A stretch of 64,000 bases of DNA, taken from NCBI RefSeq assembly GCF_001194135.2, contig NC_068984.1, positions 114,303,322 through 114,367,321 on the forward strand, given 5' to 3'. The DNA comes from Octopus bimaculoides. Taxonomy: Eukaryota. A model generated the notes under the pieces. It searched no databases. It had not been told where the DNA came from and saw only the letters and a program-made list of their open reading frames with translations. Made by a program: the position numbers and the translations under genes. Shown here piece by piece: positions 49,141 through 61,341 of the stretch (positions within the stretch are counted from its first letter, which is position 1; every line of letters starts with the position of its first letter).

Positions 49141-50682
49141 TGCTTCTGGGTACCCATATATCATATACATATATAACATATATAAATCCTTATCCTCTCC
49201 TCTTATTCTCCCATCACACATTCCTTCTCTCTCTTTCTCTCATCCTCTCATGCAATTAATACCTTTGGTGTATGCATCCTAAGTACCAACGGTCTTCTAA
49301 GAGCCAATATTTAGTTGATATTAAGCAGATGAGAGACAAATATTTACTGGGACATGGTGCCAATCTATCTTGGATGATCTGGGACTTGTATCCAATACCA
49401 TGTCCATTCAACCATGCCATTTCTTTTATTTCTGAAATATGAGACTTTTTCAGTTTTTCCATAGATCTAATAATAATAATTGATTTAGAGAAAAGTCTAA
49501 GGACTACCAATAAACAGAATCTAAGCTGATAAGACACAAAATTTCAGGCAGTAGAAGCATGGTTAAGAAGCCCTTAACAATCACATCGCAATCACATGGT
49601 TTCAGATTTAAGCCCACTATACAGCACTTTCAACAAGTGTCTCTCATTATAGTTCTAGATTGACCAGTGTTGGGAGTGAAGTTCAGTTGAAGGAAACTGG
49701 ATGAATGTTTGTATGTGTGTGTATACGTGTGTATATACGAATGTCACTGTCTACAAGCAGTGTTCTTTGTTTCCAATCATGAAAACATGTCCAGTCTTGT
49801 TGTAATATTAGATTACTTAGAAACAGATGAGGGTTGGCAAGAGAAAGGGCTTCTTGCCATATATAAAATCTCCCCAAACAAATTCCGTCTGATTCATGTG
49901 ACATTAAAATGATGATGATGATGATGATGATACATACATGAGCATGTGTGTGTGTGTATAGATGTATAGAAATGTTTGCACATACGTGGATATCATCATC
50001 ATCATTATTTAACATCTGTTTTTCATACTGGTATGCTGGTATAGCTGGATGATTCAACCAGAGCTGGTAAGGCCAGAGGCAGCACCAGTTTCCATTGTCT
50101 GTTCTGGCATGGTTTCTACGACTGGATGTCCTTCCTAATGCGAACCACTCCACAGAGTGTACTGGGTGCTTTTTATGTGGCACCAATACCAGTGCATCTT
50201 ATGTGGTACCCACACTGGTATCAATTTTGTTGTGGTGGATGGGTTTGTGTGTGTGTGCATGTGTATGCGTGTGTCTGCATATACACACATCACACAAATA
50301 TAAAATAGAGAGTACAAGTACTAAATAACTGTACTCTTTAAGACTCTATAGTCTCAGAGGTTACAAAGCAACCTTACTAATGTTGGTGCCTTCATAAAAT
50401 GTACGCAATACATTTTGTAAAGTGGTTTGTGAACAAGCAGAGATTATGTAGGGACAAAAGATGACAACTATTCTAGTGGTGGTGCCATGATGAAATGCCC
50501 CAAGTATACTCCATAAGGTGGTTGGTGATAGCAAGGGTATCCAGCCTTAGAAAGCTATTCAAAAATGAGACATGAATGAGATGCAGTACTCTAACTTATC
50601 CAAGAATGCAGTAGCTTCAAATACAAACTGATGTAAACTGTGACAACCCATCCTAGCATGGAAAACCATGATAATGTTGACG

Positions 50683-50712
<30 letters not shown>

Positions 50713-50713
<1 letters not shown>

Positions 50714-50976
50714 CATCATCATCATCATCATCGTTTAACGTCCACTTTCCATGCTAGCATGGGTTGGACGATTTGACTGAGGACTGGTGAAACCGGATGG
50801 CAACACCAGGCTCCAGTCTGATTTGGCAGAGTTTCTACAGCTGGATGCCCTTCCTAACGCCAACCACTCAGAGAGTGTAGTAGGTGCTTTTACGTGTCAC
50901 CCGCACGAAAACGGCCATGCTCGAAATGGTGTCTTTTATGTGCCACCCGCACAAGCCAGTCCAGGGGCACTGGCAA
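50713..50976 (-). mobile_element. RTE tail copy
   Basis: Nearly identical to 2581-2803; inserted next to (TA)n. Confidence 0.85.
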
Positions 50977-51469
50977 TATAATTATATTTAAAAGAGAAAA
51001 ATTTTTTTTTATTTTATCAATGTACAGACCGCACTTTGAAGTGCTCAAGATATTCTAACTTGATGTGTTAGATGAATATAGAAATGAGAATCAAGTTAGG
51101 AAAATAAATCCACATATAATAACACATATATTCAACTAAAGTCCCAATATGCATAAATTTTAAAAAAATATATTTAATACATTGGAAAGTCAAACATAAA
51201 AGGTTTTAGTATTAATGCATGAAAGAGGAAATGTGAGGAAGAGAAGAGATGCAGTTTGGGACGGGAGAAGAGATGTAGCTTGGTCTGTTGGGGGTAGGGT
51301 GTGTGAAAAGCTTCATTGTTACATGTAGGTGGGTGGCATTTGGTTATGTTCCTTTGCCTCCTGAATTCAATTTCATCACAGGTTGACTTTGTTTTTCATG
51401 TTTCCTTTATTATCCAGATTGATAAAATAATGAAATAAGCATTGGGAACAATATAACTGTACTCTAGAC

Positions 51470-51763
51470 CAGGGGTTTTCACACTTTTTGACTTGTGGAA
51501 CTTGTGGAACCATTTATATTTCAGGCTTTACCTTATAAACACTTATGAAATTTATACATAAATATTTGCATAAAATAACATATATTTTTACATTTATTTA
51601 TTTAACAGTATTTAACAAATAGGTTTATTGCCAATTAAAAGATTTCGATTAAAAAACATATATAAAATCAAATTGCCCATAAAAAGTATTTGCTGTCCAC
51701 GGACCCCCTGTCTTGTCCTTGCGGACCCCCTGTGGTCCGGGGACCACAGTTCGAAAACCCCTG
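51470..51763. mobile_element. 294-bp hAT (Charlie-like) MITE
   Basis: Exact 8-bp TSD ctctagac at 51462-69 and 51764-71; TIRs caggggttttc / gaaaacccctg. Confidence 0.92.
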
Positions 51764-52217
51764 CTCTAGACAGTGGTACTCCGGCATGGCCACNNNNNNN
51801 NNNNNNNNNNNNNNNNNNNNNNNNNNNNNNNNNNNNNNNNNNNNNNNNNNNNNNNNNNNNNNNNNNNNNNNNNNNNNNNNNNNNNNNNNNNNNNNNNNNN
51901 NNNNNNNNNNNNNNNNNNNNNNNNNNNNNNNNNNNNNNNNNNNNNNNNNNNNNNNNNNNNNNNNNNNNNNNNNNNNNNNNNNNNNNNNNNNNNNNNNNNN
52001 NNNNNNNNNNNNNNNNNNNNNNNNNNNNNNNNNNNNNNNNNNNNNNNNNNNNNNNNNNNNNNNNNNNNNNNNNNNNNNNNNNNNNNNNNNNNNNNNNNNN
52101 NNNNNNNNNNNNNNNNNNNNNNNNNNNNNNNNNNNNNNNNNNNNNNNNNNNNNNNNNNNNNNNNNNNNNNNNNNNNNNNNNNNNNNNNNNNNNNNNNNNN
52201 NNNNNNNNNNNNNNNNN

Positions 52218-52525
52218 GACATTCGAGCGAGATCGCTGCCAGTGCCGCCGAACTGGCTCCTGTACGGGTGGCATGTAAAATACACCATTTTGAGCGTGGC
52301 CGTTGCCAGTACCGCCTAACTGGCCTTCATGCGGGTGGCACGTAAAAGCACCCACTACACTCTCGGAGTGGTTGGCGTTAGGAAGGGCATCCAGCTGTAG
52401 AAACTCTGCCAAATCAGATTGGAGCCTGGTGTAGCCATCTGGTTTCACCAGTCCTCAGTCAAATCGTCCAACCCATGCTAGCATGGAAAGCGGACGTTAA
52501 ACGACGATGATGATGACGATGATGA
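52218..52525 (+). mobile_element. RTE tail copy
   Basis: Ends in gcatggaaagcggacgttaaacgacgatgatg. Confidence 0.85.
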
Positions 52526-52917
52526 TAAACCAGTGAGTCTCAACCATTTTTTACCTATGGTCCCCTTCGATTACTATTTTCCTCTAGTGGACCCCCATAG
52601 CCTCTCAATATTTAAAAACTAGGTTCATAGATACTGTTTTCAAAAGTCCTGTTTTGTTCAATACACATTAATTTGTGTAGGTTGAACTTTATAAAACACT
52701 AACAATGTACTCTGGCATTGCCAAGGTGTTATGACCTACAGTCACATTGTATTGTTTGTTCCTTTCTTGTGGGTAGAATTGGTAAACTGGATTATTGGTG
52801 TAATAGAAGTTATTGTTTCTTTAAAAGTGAAAGAGGAAGAGTAAAATTTGCATGGGTTTGCACAAAAGTGCTTTCTGTTCTTAAGAAAGATCACAAACTA
52901 TGTATTGTTTCATTGTA

Positions 52918-53249
52918 TGTGTGTTGACACTCCGTCGCTTACGACGTCAAGGGTTCCAGTTGATCCAATCAACGGAACAGCCTGCTCGTGAAATTAACGT
53001 GCAAGTGGCTGAGCACTCCATAGACACGTGTACCCTTAACGTAGTTCTTGGGGATATTCAGTGTGACAAGGCTGACCCTTTGAATTACAGGCAAAACAGA
53101 AACTGGAAGTAAGAGTGAAAGAAAGTTGTGGTGAAAGAGTACAGCAGGGTTCACCACCATCCCCTGCCAGAGCCTCGTGGAGCTTTAGGTGTTTGCGCTC
53201 AATAAACACTCACAATGCCCGCTCTGGGAATTGAAACCACGATCCTATG
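52918..53249 (-). mobile_element. tRNA-derived SINE, third family
   Basis: Matches 25562-25890. Confidence 0.8.
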
Positions 53250-54849
53250 NNNNNNNNNNNNNNNNNNNNNNNNNNNNNNNNNNNNNNNNNNNNNNNNNNN
53301 NNNNNNNNNNNNNNNNNNNNNNNNNNNNNNNNNNNNNNNNNNNNNNNNNNNNNNNNNNNNNNNNNNNNNNNNNNNNNNNNNNNNNNNNNNNNNNNNNNNN
53401 NNNNNNNNNNNNNNNNNNNNNNNNNNNNNNNNNNNNNNNNNNNNNNNNNNNNNNNNNNNNNNNNNNNNNNNNNNNNNNNNNNNNNNNNNNNNNNNNNNNN
53501 NNNNNNNNNNNNACCTAATGTTTCACTTTTGTCTGATGTTTCACGCATGTGTAGAATTGCATTGAAATAGCAGATGTAAAAAAGTATTAAAGCACGACCA
53601 GAAAACCCAACATGCTAGAAACAACAGATAAATGACATTATTTCTGAAGTAACTTCCCTGCTTTCCAAAAAGCTAAAAGTGAAACATTGGGAGTTTATAG
53701 CTTTTTGAAAGTGGTGAGGTGATGGGTGGATGCTTGGGAAGGAGATTTTAGTGTTTCTTTAAGCAAAAAGAAAAAGAAAATACTTGACTATTCATACTAT
53801 TTTTTTCTCTGTTAATTACGAAGAAAAAAATTCGAACAAAGTAAAAAATAAAGAAATTGGAATGGTGAGTAAGAAAATTAAAATATTGAGAATGTGTTTT
53901 TTGGGCAAAATCCTAATCTCATGTATTGAAAACATAGGAATCGGAAGAAATTTAGGAAAGTGAAAGAACAAAGTATTAAAATTCTGTCTCTCCCGCTCTG
54001 TCTCTGTTTGTCTCTCACATTCCCTGTGTGTCTATCTCTTCCTGTCTCCTCCCCTTCCCTGATATCAGTCACCCTCATTATGCCACTTTTCCCTGAACCT
54101 AACACTTTTGCACCCCTCTCATTTTATCATGTAATATAGCCCAACCCCCCGTAGTCGGTCCATTATCGATTTTTATTGAAACCCAATTAGCTTATAATTA
54201 AACTGGATGTTAATTTAACATGTATAGAAAATTTGTTGAAGATTGGTTTGCTGGTTTGGGCAGCAAGATGGAGATGGACAGACAGACAGAAATTGCTATT
54301 TATATATAAAGATTAGAGAAAGAAATCTTGCTGTTTCCTGCAAGAAATACATCTACAACAAAATTTTTTCATGGTCTCTTAATATACTGAGGAGGGGAAG
54401 GGGTGGCTTTATGCTAGGAGTTGAGGGTTAAAGTGTGAGAGAAGAGAACAAAAATGGTTTCTTGTATAGAAGAGATACATGACCACTCAAATTTTAGAAG
54501 AGAGGGTAGAAGGGATCAGATGGAGCTGGAAAGAGATAAAACAGTGGTGATGAGGTGTCAGGGTGGCCCCTCAAGGTATTATGTGAGAGAAGTGAGCAAG
54601 GACAGAGGATATAGGAGTGTGAGTAGGTGGGGGGTTTGCAAGCGTATATATGGGGGAGCAAGAGATGGGGGGGGTGAGTAAGAATTAGGCAACAACTTTA
54701 AATATTGGGTAGGGTTGAAGGGTGGAGGTAATAAATGGTGGATAAAGGGTGGAGGATGACCAATGATACAAGCTGGGGGAGGTAGAAGGATGTAGAAGAA
54801 AGTAAGAGGAGAATGGCAGAATAGTAATGCTAATACAGTAGACATGAAG

Positions 54850-54889
<40 letters not shown>

Positions 54890-55092
54890 CTGACATGTGG
54901 GTGGGTAGGTTGCAAGAATAGGGGGGAAGAGAGAGGTGCAAAGCATGAGGAGAGATGTATGGTGGTGGGGAAGGAGAGATAATTTGGTGATTCAGTGGCA
55001 GGTGTGACCAATGTAAAATGTGGGTAGAGAGAACAGTATATATGGATGAAGAATCGCTAGTTCTGGGTAGCAAGAAAAATAAGTGGTATTAA

Positions 55093-55314
55093 CCCTTTCA
55101 ATACCAACCCGGCTGAAACCGCTTCTGGCTCTGTAGTACAAAAGTCTTGTTTTCATAAGTTTTGAATTAAAATCTTCCACCAAACCTTAGTCACAATTTA
55201 TGTTCCTAACACTAGCTTAATGATAACCAAGTTATTTTACTAAATTCTTTGTTATATTTAAAATCAATTCAAAGAAACACAGAGTATCTCAGCAGAAATA
55301 TGGTAACAAAAGGG
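55093..55314. mobile_element. 222-bp piggyBac-type MITE
   Basis: TTAA at 55089-92 and 55315-18; same length and family as 27107-27328. Confidence 0.85.
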
Positions 55315-55439
55315 TTAAGGGAGAGTAGCAGTGAGAGAAATGGTGGGTGAATAGAGAAGGAAATTGAGCAAAGGGTCAATATATGCAACACACACGCATA
55401 TATATATAACAGTGTAGTAGAGTTTAACATGATACTTAC

Positions 55440-55607
55440 CAAAAGACCAAACAAAATAATAATGACCATATGCACTAACGATAATTCTGCAATCATTTTG
55501 AAGCCACGGATTGCCAACCTCAAATGAATATCAAATAAGGATCAAATTGACCAAACAACTTTGTAATCAGGAAAATGCAGTAATGATGTCATGCTGACTC
55601 TTGATAA
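55440..55607 (-). other. Candidate 168-nt cassette exon with an in-frame TGA
   Basis: ttttttctttcag| and TTG|gtaagtat; 56 codons in the gene's frame with TGA at codon 22 and ATG at codon 38. Confidence 0.5.
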
Positions 55608-56443
55608 CTGAAAGAAAAAATGAAAATGGAATCAGCATCATCATCCTAATTATTGTTTTAATGATTGATTTTCTTTGCTTTCGTTGATAAGCCTAAATTC
55701 AATGAGACAGATTTTCTATAGCTGAATAGTTTTCTTGCCACTAACTCTCACTTGTATCCAAGCAAGGTATATTTCCTCTCGTCCTTCAAACACAAACATA
55801 ATTGATGGACATGATTTCATGAAAGACTGCAAATGAACAACACTGCTTTTATGAAGATGAATGGTGACATTCCTTTAACATCCAGTGTGCACTCTTGAGA
55901 CAAGGACATACAGGCACATATATATAAAATCCTTGGGAGTGAATTTGATAAACTAAAACTAAAACTAAAACTATATATATATATATATATATATATAGAT
56001 AGATAGATAGATATCACTGAATCAAGAATGACATCTTGAACATCAATTAAGTTTCAATGTAATTGAAAAGAAGCTTTCTCTCTTGTCTGTCTTCCTGTCT
56101 TTCTCCCTTTCTCCATAAAACAAAATTCACATCTTGAAAGGTCATTTAGCATCAACTAGGAGTTAGTCAAAGACCATCCCAAGATACATGATATCTTTTA
56201 CTTTCTTGTCTCTGCCTTCCTCTTTTCTCTTTCTCCCCTTCTAAACAAAACAACATCCTCTTCGATTTATATAAGGCTGAAGAAATTTTCTGTGCACTGA
56301 GGAATTCAACTGAATGGATGAAAGCGCTAATAAAGAATTATCCAAAATTCTGACTGCCTCCCTCTTCTTAATATACATTATCTGTACACCACTACATACA
56401 TGCATACATATAGGGATGACAAAGGATATAACAATTATTTTAT

Positions 56444-56537
56444 GAACTCCAATTAGCTTACAGCTGTTTCGGCTATAAGGTGCAATACACTCATAGTTGT
56501 GTGCTTGAGTGGCACCCTGTAGCTTCAGATGTTATTA
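56444..56537 (-). ncRNA. Second, damaged copy of the hammerhead-bearing element
   Basis: - strand: CTGAAG-ctacagggtgc...gcaccttatagcc-GAAACAGCTGTA-agctaattggagtt; the core lacks a full CUGANGA. Confidence 0.5.
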
Positions 56538-56762
56538 GTATCACAATGCCTAAGCGAAATATTAATATATATATATATATAAATACTTATAATTCATAAA
56601 CTTTTGTATTATTTTGAATTCTCACAAGTGTTTGATGAATGGTTACATGAAACAATGGAGTAAGAGTTTAAGGTTTTCCAGCTTCACTAGAATTGTATTT
56701 TATCTCTGGTATTCAGGTACTCTTTTTTTCCACCTTGTTTTGCACCAATGCTCATATGTGTA

Positions 56763-57184
56763 TATAGTCTACCCCCCGCTTATTCGTGGTTTGGCATTCA
56801 CAGTCCCGGTTATTTGCAGAAACCACTGCCTATTTGCAGAATAGTAAATATCGTCTGCAATTTTTTATGGCTTTTTCGTGGCAATATATATTTTTCACAC
56901 TTTTTAAGGCTAAATTATTAATAACAATATACCGAATTTGCTGGCTTACTGGACGCCCATTCGCAGTTGAAGCTCCCTCTGATTAGAATAGCCGTGCATC
57001 ATGTCGGTTGATTGTTTTAGATACGAGTATACTGTATCTTGTATCTCCTATTCCTGCTTTCAATCAAAGCTTGCTAATTAGTATCGCAACATCTATCTAT
57101 ATTTCATACATACACAGTCTCTCTCCCTCTCTCACTGTATTTGTCTCTCAACAACAACCTCTCATTGTAGTGAATGCATGTATG

Positions 57185-57240
<56 letters not shown>

Positions 57241-58680
57241 GTGTATCACACCAGTATTACTTGGGCTAGTGATGAGAGATCAAAGATATATACAACAGGA
57301 GAGTGAATGTTAATTTTATACCAGTGCTTTTTTTTTTTAAATCATTGCTACATTTGGTTATACACATTGTTTATTTCAACAGAATAATTTTTAAGGTTGT
57401 GAGCCAATACAGCCTCATTGAAATTAGGTTACTTGCTGGTCCCTCTCTCTCTCTCTCTCTCTTATTATTATAGTATAGATTACTGTATCTAGTGGTAATA
57501 CAAACTAAATTTTTCAAATCCATGATTATTTTTAATCTCTGCTCAATCTCCCATTGGTGGTATGTGCATATTATACGAAAGGAAGATTTTGTAGGTTTTT
57601 TTGGAGAAAACTGCATCCAGTAGCTATCTAGAGTATTTTGTTGAGTGCTGTGTTTTTGCGAATGTTTTGATGACATCATGCAAGATGAGGTCAACAACCT
57701 CATCCCTGCCCACTCTGAAACCTTGACAGACGAAGATTTGTTGGAGTTAATGAAGTCTGCCAGTGAAGAGGAGGAGGAAGCGCCAAATCCAGAGGAAGAG
57801 AGGATGAGGTGGGCCTGGCAATCAAACGTCTGTCAGACCTTTTAAGGACAGCAAAGAAGTTGCAAGGGAAGGTAGAAGCATGAGATCCCTACATGTTTCG
57901 GTCTCTCCAATTTAAAAATGTCATCGATGCTGCCATGCAGACATATAAACCTCTCCTCACCACCATGAAGAAACAAAGACAGCAACTTCCCATCACAATG
58001 TTCCTCAAGTCCACCAAGAAAGTCTTGCACGAAGATATGACATCCCCTAAAACACCTGAAGAGATTTAAATCTTTATTGCTGTGCAGTCATTACCTTCAT
58101 TATTTTCAGTATCATCATTGTCGTTTAACATCTGATTTCCATGCTGGCATGGGCTGGATGGTTCGACTAAGAGCTGGCAAGCCAGAAGGCTGCACCAGGC
58201 TCCAATCTGATCTGGCAAAGTTTCTACAGCTGGATACCCTTCCTAATGCTAACCACTCGAAGAGTGTAGTGGGTGCTTTTTACATGCCACCAGCACAAGG
58301 GCCAGTCGGGCAGTACTGGTATCGACCATGTTTGAATGGTGCTTTCTACATACCACCAGCAGGGTACCAGTCAGCCGGCACTGGCATCGACCATGCTCAA
58401 ATGGTGCTTTTTACGTGCCACTGGCACAGGAGCCAGTCAGGCAGTACTGGCAACAATGCTCAAATGGAGTTTTTTTAAATCAATATCATTCATTATTGGT
58501 GAGTAACCATACATTTTACTTCATTTTTTATTAAATTATTATTAAATATTATATATATATGAAACATTATATTTTGACATTTATAGGCATTTTTACAGAC
58601 CATGTCTCCAATATTCGCAGTTTTTCACTATTTGAGGGTGCTCTAGGAACATAACCCCCACGAATACCAGGGGACTACTG
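56763..58680 (+). mobile_element. Internally deleted Tigger/pogo element carrying a nested RTE tail (58110-58460)
   Basis: Imperfect TIRs tagtctaccccccgcttattcgtgg / ccacgaataccaggggactactg flanked by TA; Tigger-like C-terminus DEVNNLIPAHSETLTDEDLLEL at ~57680-57760. Confidence 0.75.
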
Positions 58681-58685
58681 TATCA

Positions 58686-58764
58686 TCAAACTCGGAATCT
58701 TGGAATCTCGGGGTTAGTAGCCCATGCTCTTAACCACTGCGCCATATGCCCATGGGCATATGGC
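58686..58764 (-). mobile_element. tRNA-Ser-like head with an inverted copy of its own 5' end (24-bp perfect palindrome)
   Basis: - strand GGGCATATGGCGCAGTGGTTAAGAGCATGGGCTACTAACCC; 58741-58764 gccatatgcccatgggcatatggc is self-complementary. Confidence 0.7.
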
Positions 58765-58863
58765 GGCTATACAGACACACATACTCAAAGCAGTTCTGTA
58801 AGTTTTAATTTACCAAATTCACGCTGAGATGGAAATTGTAAGACACCAACGTGTGTGTGTGTG

Positions 58864-59293
<430 letters not shown>

Positions 59294-59471
59294 CACAGAC
59301 GAGCGCACGAAGGGCTTCTTTCAGTTTCTTCTTACTAAATCCACTCAAGAACTCAGATTGATGTAATCAACTATCCTCTTGGTATGTCAAAGAAAATACT
59401 AATAATTTTGATAGTTTCATCCTGAAAAAATTAAAGCAACAGCGTTTCAATGATTACAGAAACGTTCTTAC

Positions 59472-59540
59472 CATTTGTCTAAGAATGATTGTTTCACTGC
59501 TTTCAGTTCCAGTGATGACCGGAAACATAAGTGGATGAAT
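59472..59540 (-). CDS. Candidate initiating exon of the - strand gene (5' UTR plus ATG only)
   Basis: ...ttagacaaATG|gtaagaa (ATG at 59474-59472); phase 0 fits the 44322 exon, giving MSLQKEIQRRL; CCGGAA at 59519-59524. The 5' boundary is uncertain. Confidence 0.55.
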
Positions 59541-60838
59541 ATATTTGAAGAGTAAAAACAAGATATTGCATTTCTAATTACATTTTCATCCTCAGAAATC
59601 GAAACAATTTCAAATTTCCAGCCAGTGAAAACAGTACAATGCTAATGATTTGATTTAAATTATATTCCTTAATTTGCTCACACCTTTAGTCATGTATTTT
59701 TACAGTTCACAATAGGAAAACCCTTCGTAGAACAACGAGAAAGACATTGATACTACAATAAGGAAAAGGCCGGTTCAGAAAGTATATTTATTCCGATCCA
59801 TCTTTTGAAGATTTGCTTCCTATTTCTAGCAAGATTTGACAAACGTAGAGGGCTCCGCTGTTACCTCGTTACAACGTGTGTTTAATATGTGCTTTCTGCA
59901 TGGAAAAACATATTTATTATCATCACTCATGTTCCTGGGGTCGGCTTGCCATGAGTCTCCAGTTCCCCGTGTTGTGCTGTATACATACAAATACAGAAGC
60001 TTATTATACGACATCGCAATTATATATTGTAGACAAGAATATAGATTATCGAAAGAACGTAAATATGTCAGTGGACCTCAAAAAGAATGCCAAAAATGAC
60101 TAATTATTTAAAATAAAACTAAATTTTAGGTTATTTCATTCCGATTTGAATATATATATCAAAGTGAACGAATATTTACCTTTCTCCCTTCAACAAAGCA
60201 ACATGGAAGAACACCACACCTTCCATCGCACTGGATATTTAAATCCTTATTCCTCATATTATGCATCGTACACACTTAAAACAATATTGCTAACTGAATA
60301 ATATATCTAAAATACTATTTAAAACGAATCGTAAATTTTAAATATTTCCATTTCTATTTCGTCACATAGGGAAATAAATATTTGTGTGTTACAATTTTCA
60401 ATGAAGTAAATATGTCATAGCATTATAGAATTCATGTTAATTGGTTTGTTTACTATTTTGGAATAAATAAAACTAACATAGATATTGAAAATAACGGAGT
60501 TACATATGGATTTTTGAAATCAAAACAAGTATAAATACAAATTTATGTGAGAAAACTTAATTATATATTCCTTTATTTAGGCCAAATATTAATAACATGC
60601 ATTATGTTTTTAAATGTTTCGCCGCAGTTTCGTAAAGCTGTTGCTAAGGGTGATCAAACTTAGTTTAAAAAATTATTAATATTTTGTTACTATAAGCTCA
60701 ATTCGATTTTGTTAATATATATATTATATTTTATTGTATCGAAATAACATTTAGATACAAACGACACGAGTATGTTTCACGGAACATAAGACCTATCACT
60801 TGTTTATATAAATTTAAAAAATTCCCACTTGTTAATCA

Positions 60839-60852
60839 GTTTCTATGGAAAC
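60839..60852. promoter_or_regulatory. RFX X-box GTTTCTATGGAAAC
   Basis: Fits the X-box consensus GTHNYYATRRNAAC at all positions; 350 bp upstream of the kinase ATG; half-site GTTGCTAAGG at 60640-60649. Confidence 0.65.
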
Positions 60853-61201
60853 AATTTTTTTTTACAAGTGTACCTTGGACTTGTTAAGTAATTAATTAAA
60901 AAATATATATGTCTATCTCCAGATGGATTTAAATCAACGTTTTGCTTGAGAGGTTGTTATTAATTTCGCGTCAAAATAAGTAACCGCATCACTGAGCACG
61001 TTGGTTCTCATTTAAAGAAAAACAAGTAACTAGACAGAATAGGATTGCTGGTTCAACCGACCCACTCTTAATGAGTAATAGATCAATATCCTTTGTTCTA
61101 GAGGACGCATTTCGGAATTTTATTTTCGGGTTCACTTTCATTTCAATTCACTTCCTAGGAAATATTAAGGATTACAAAAAGAAAACTGATTTGCAACTAA
61201 A

Positions 61202-61341
61202 ATGATAACTAATCGTCCTGCAGAAGGCTCAAATAAAGTACCAACAGTTCTGGCTGAAAGATATGTGATTGGGAAAAAACTCGGATCTGGTCATTTTGGC
61301 ACTGTCTTCCTTTGTAAAGATAAAGAAGAAAACGAAAAAAA
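61202..61341 (+). CDS. NEK11: First coding exon of a NIMA-related Ser/Thr kinase, most similar to NEK11
   Basis: MITNRPAEGSNKVPTVLAERYVIGKKLGSGHFGTVFLCKDKEENEK: Gly-rich loop and strong recalled similarity to human NEK11 TLIARRYVLQQKLGSGSFGTVYLVSDKK; acceptor ttcacttcctag| at 61158; donor AA|gtttgt at 61342, before the subdomain II lysine. No further exon recognised in the window. Confidence 0.8.

Noticed and set aside
54240-55080. Purine-rich tract with Pro/Leu-rich ORFs on -
   Set aside because: Low-complexity GA/GGT sequence; the ORFs reflect base composition.
55542-55544. Selenocysteine reading of the in-frame TGA
   Set aside because: No redox motif around it, no selenoprotein family resemblance, and no SECIS seen in the short predicted 3' UTR.
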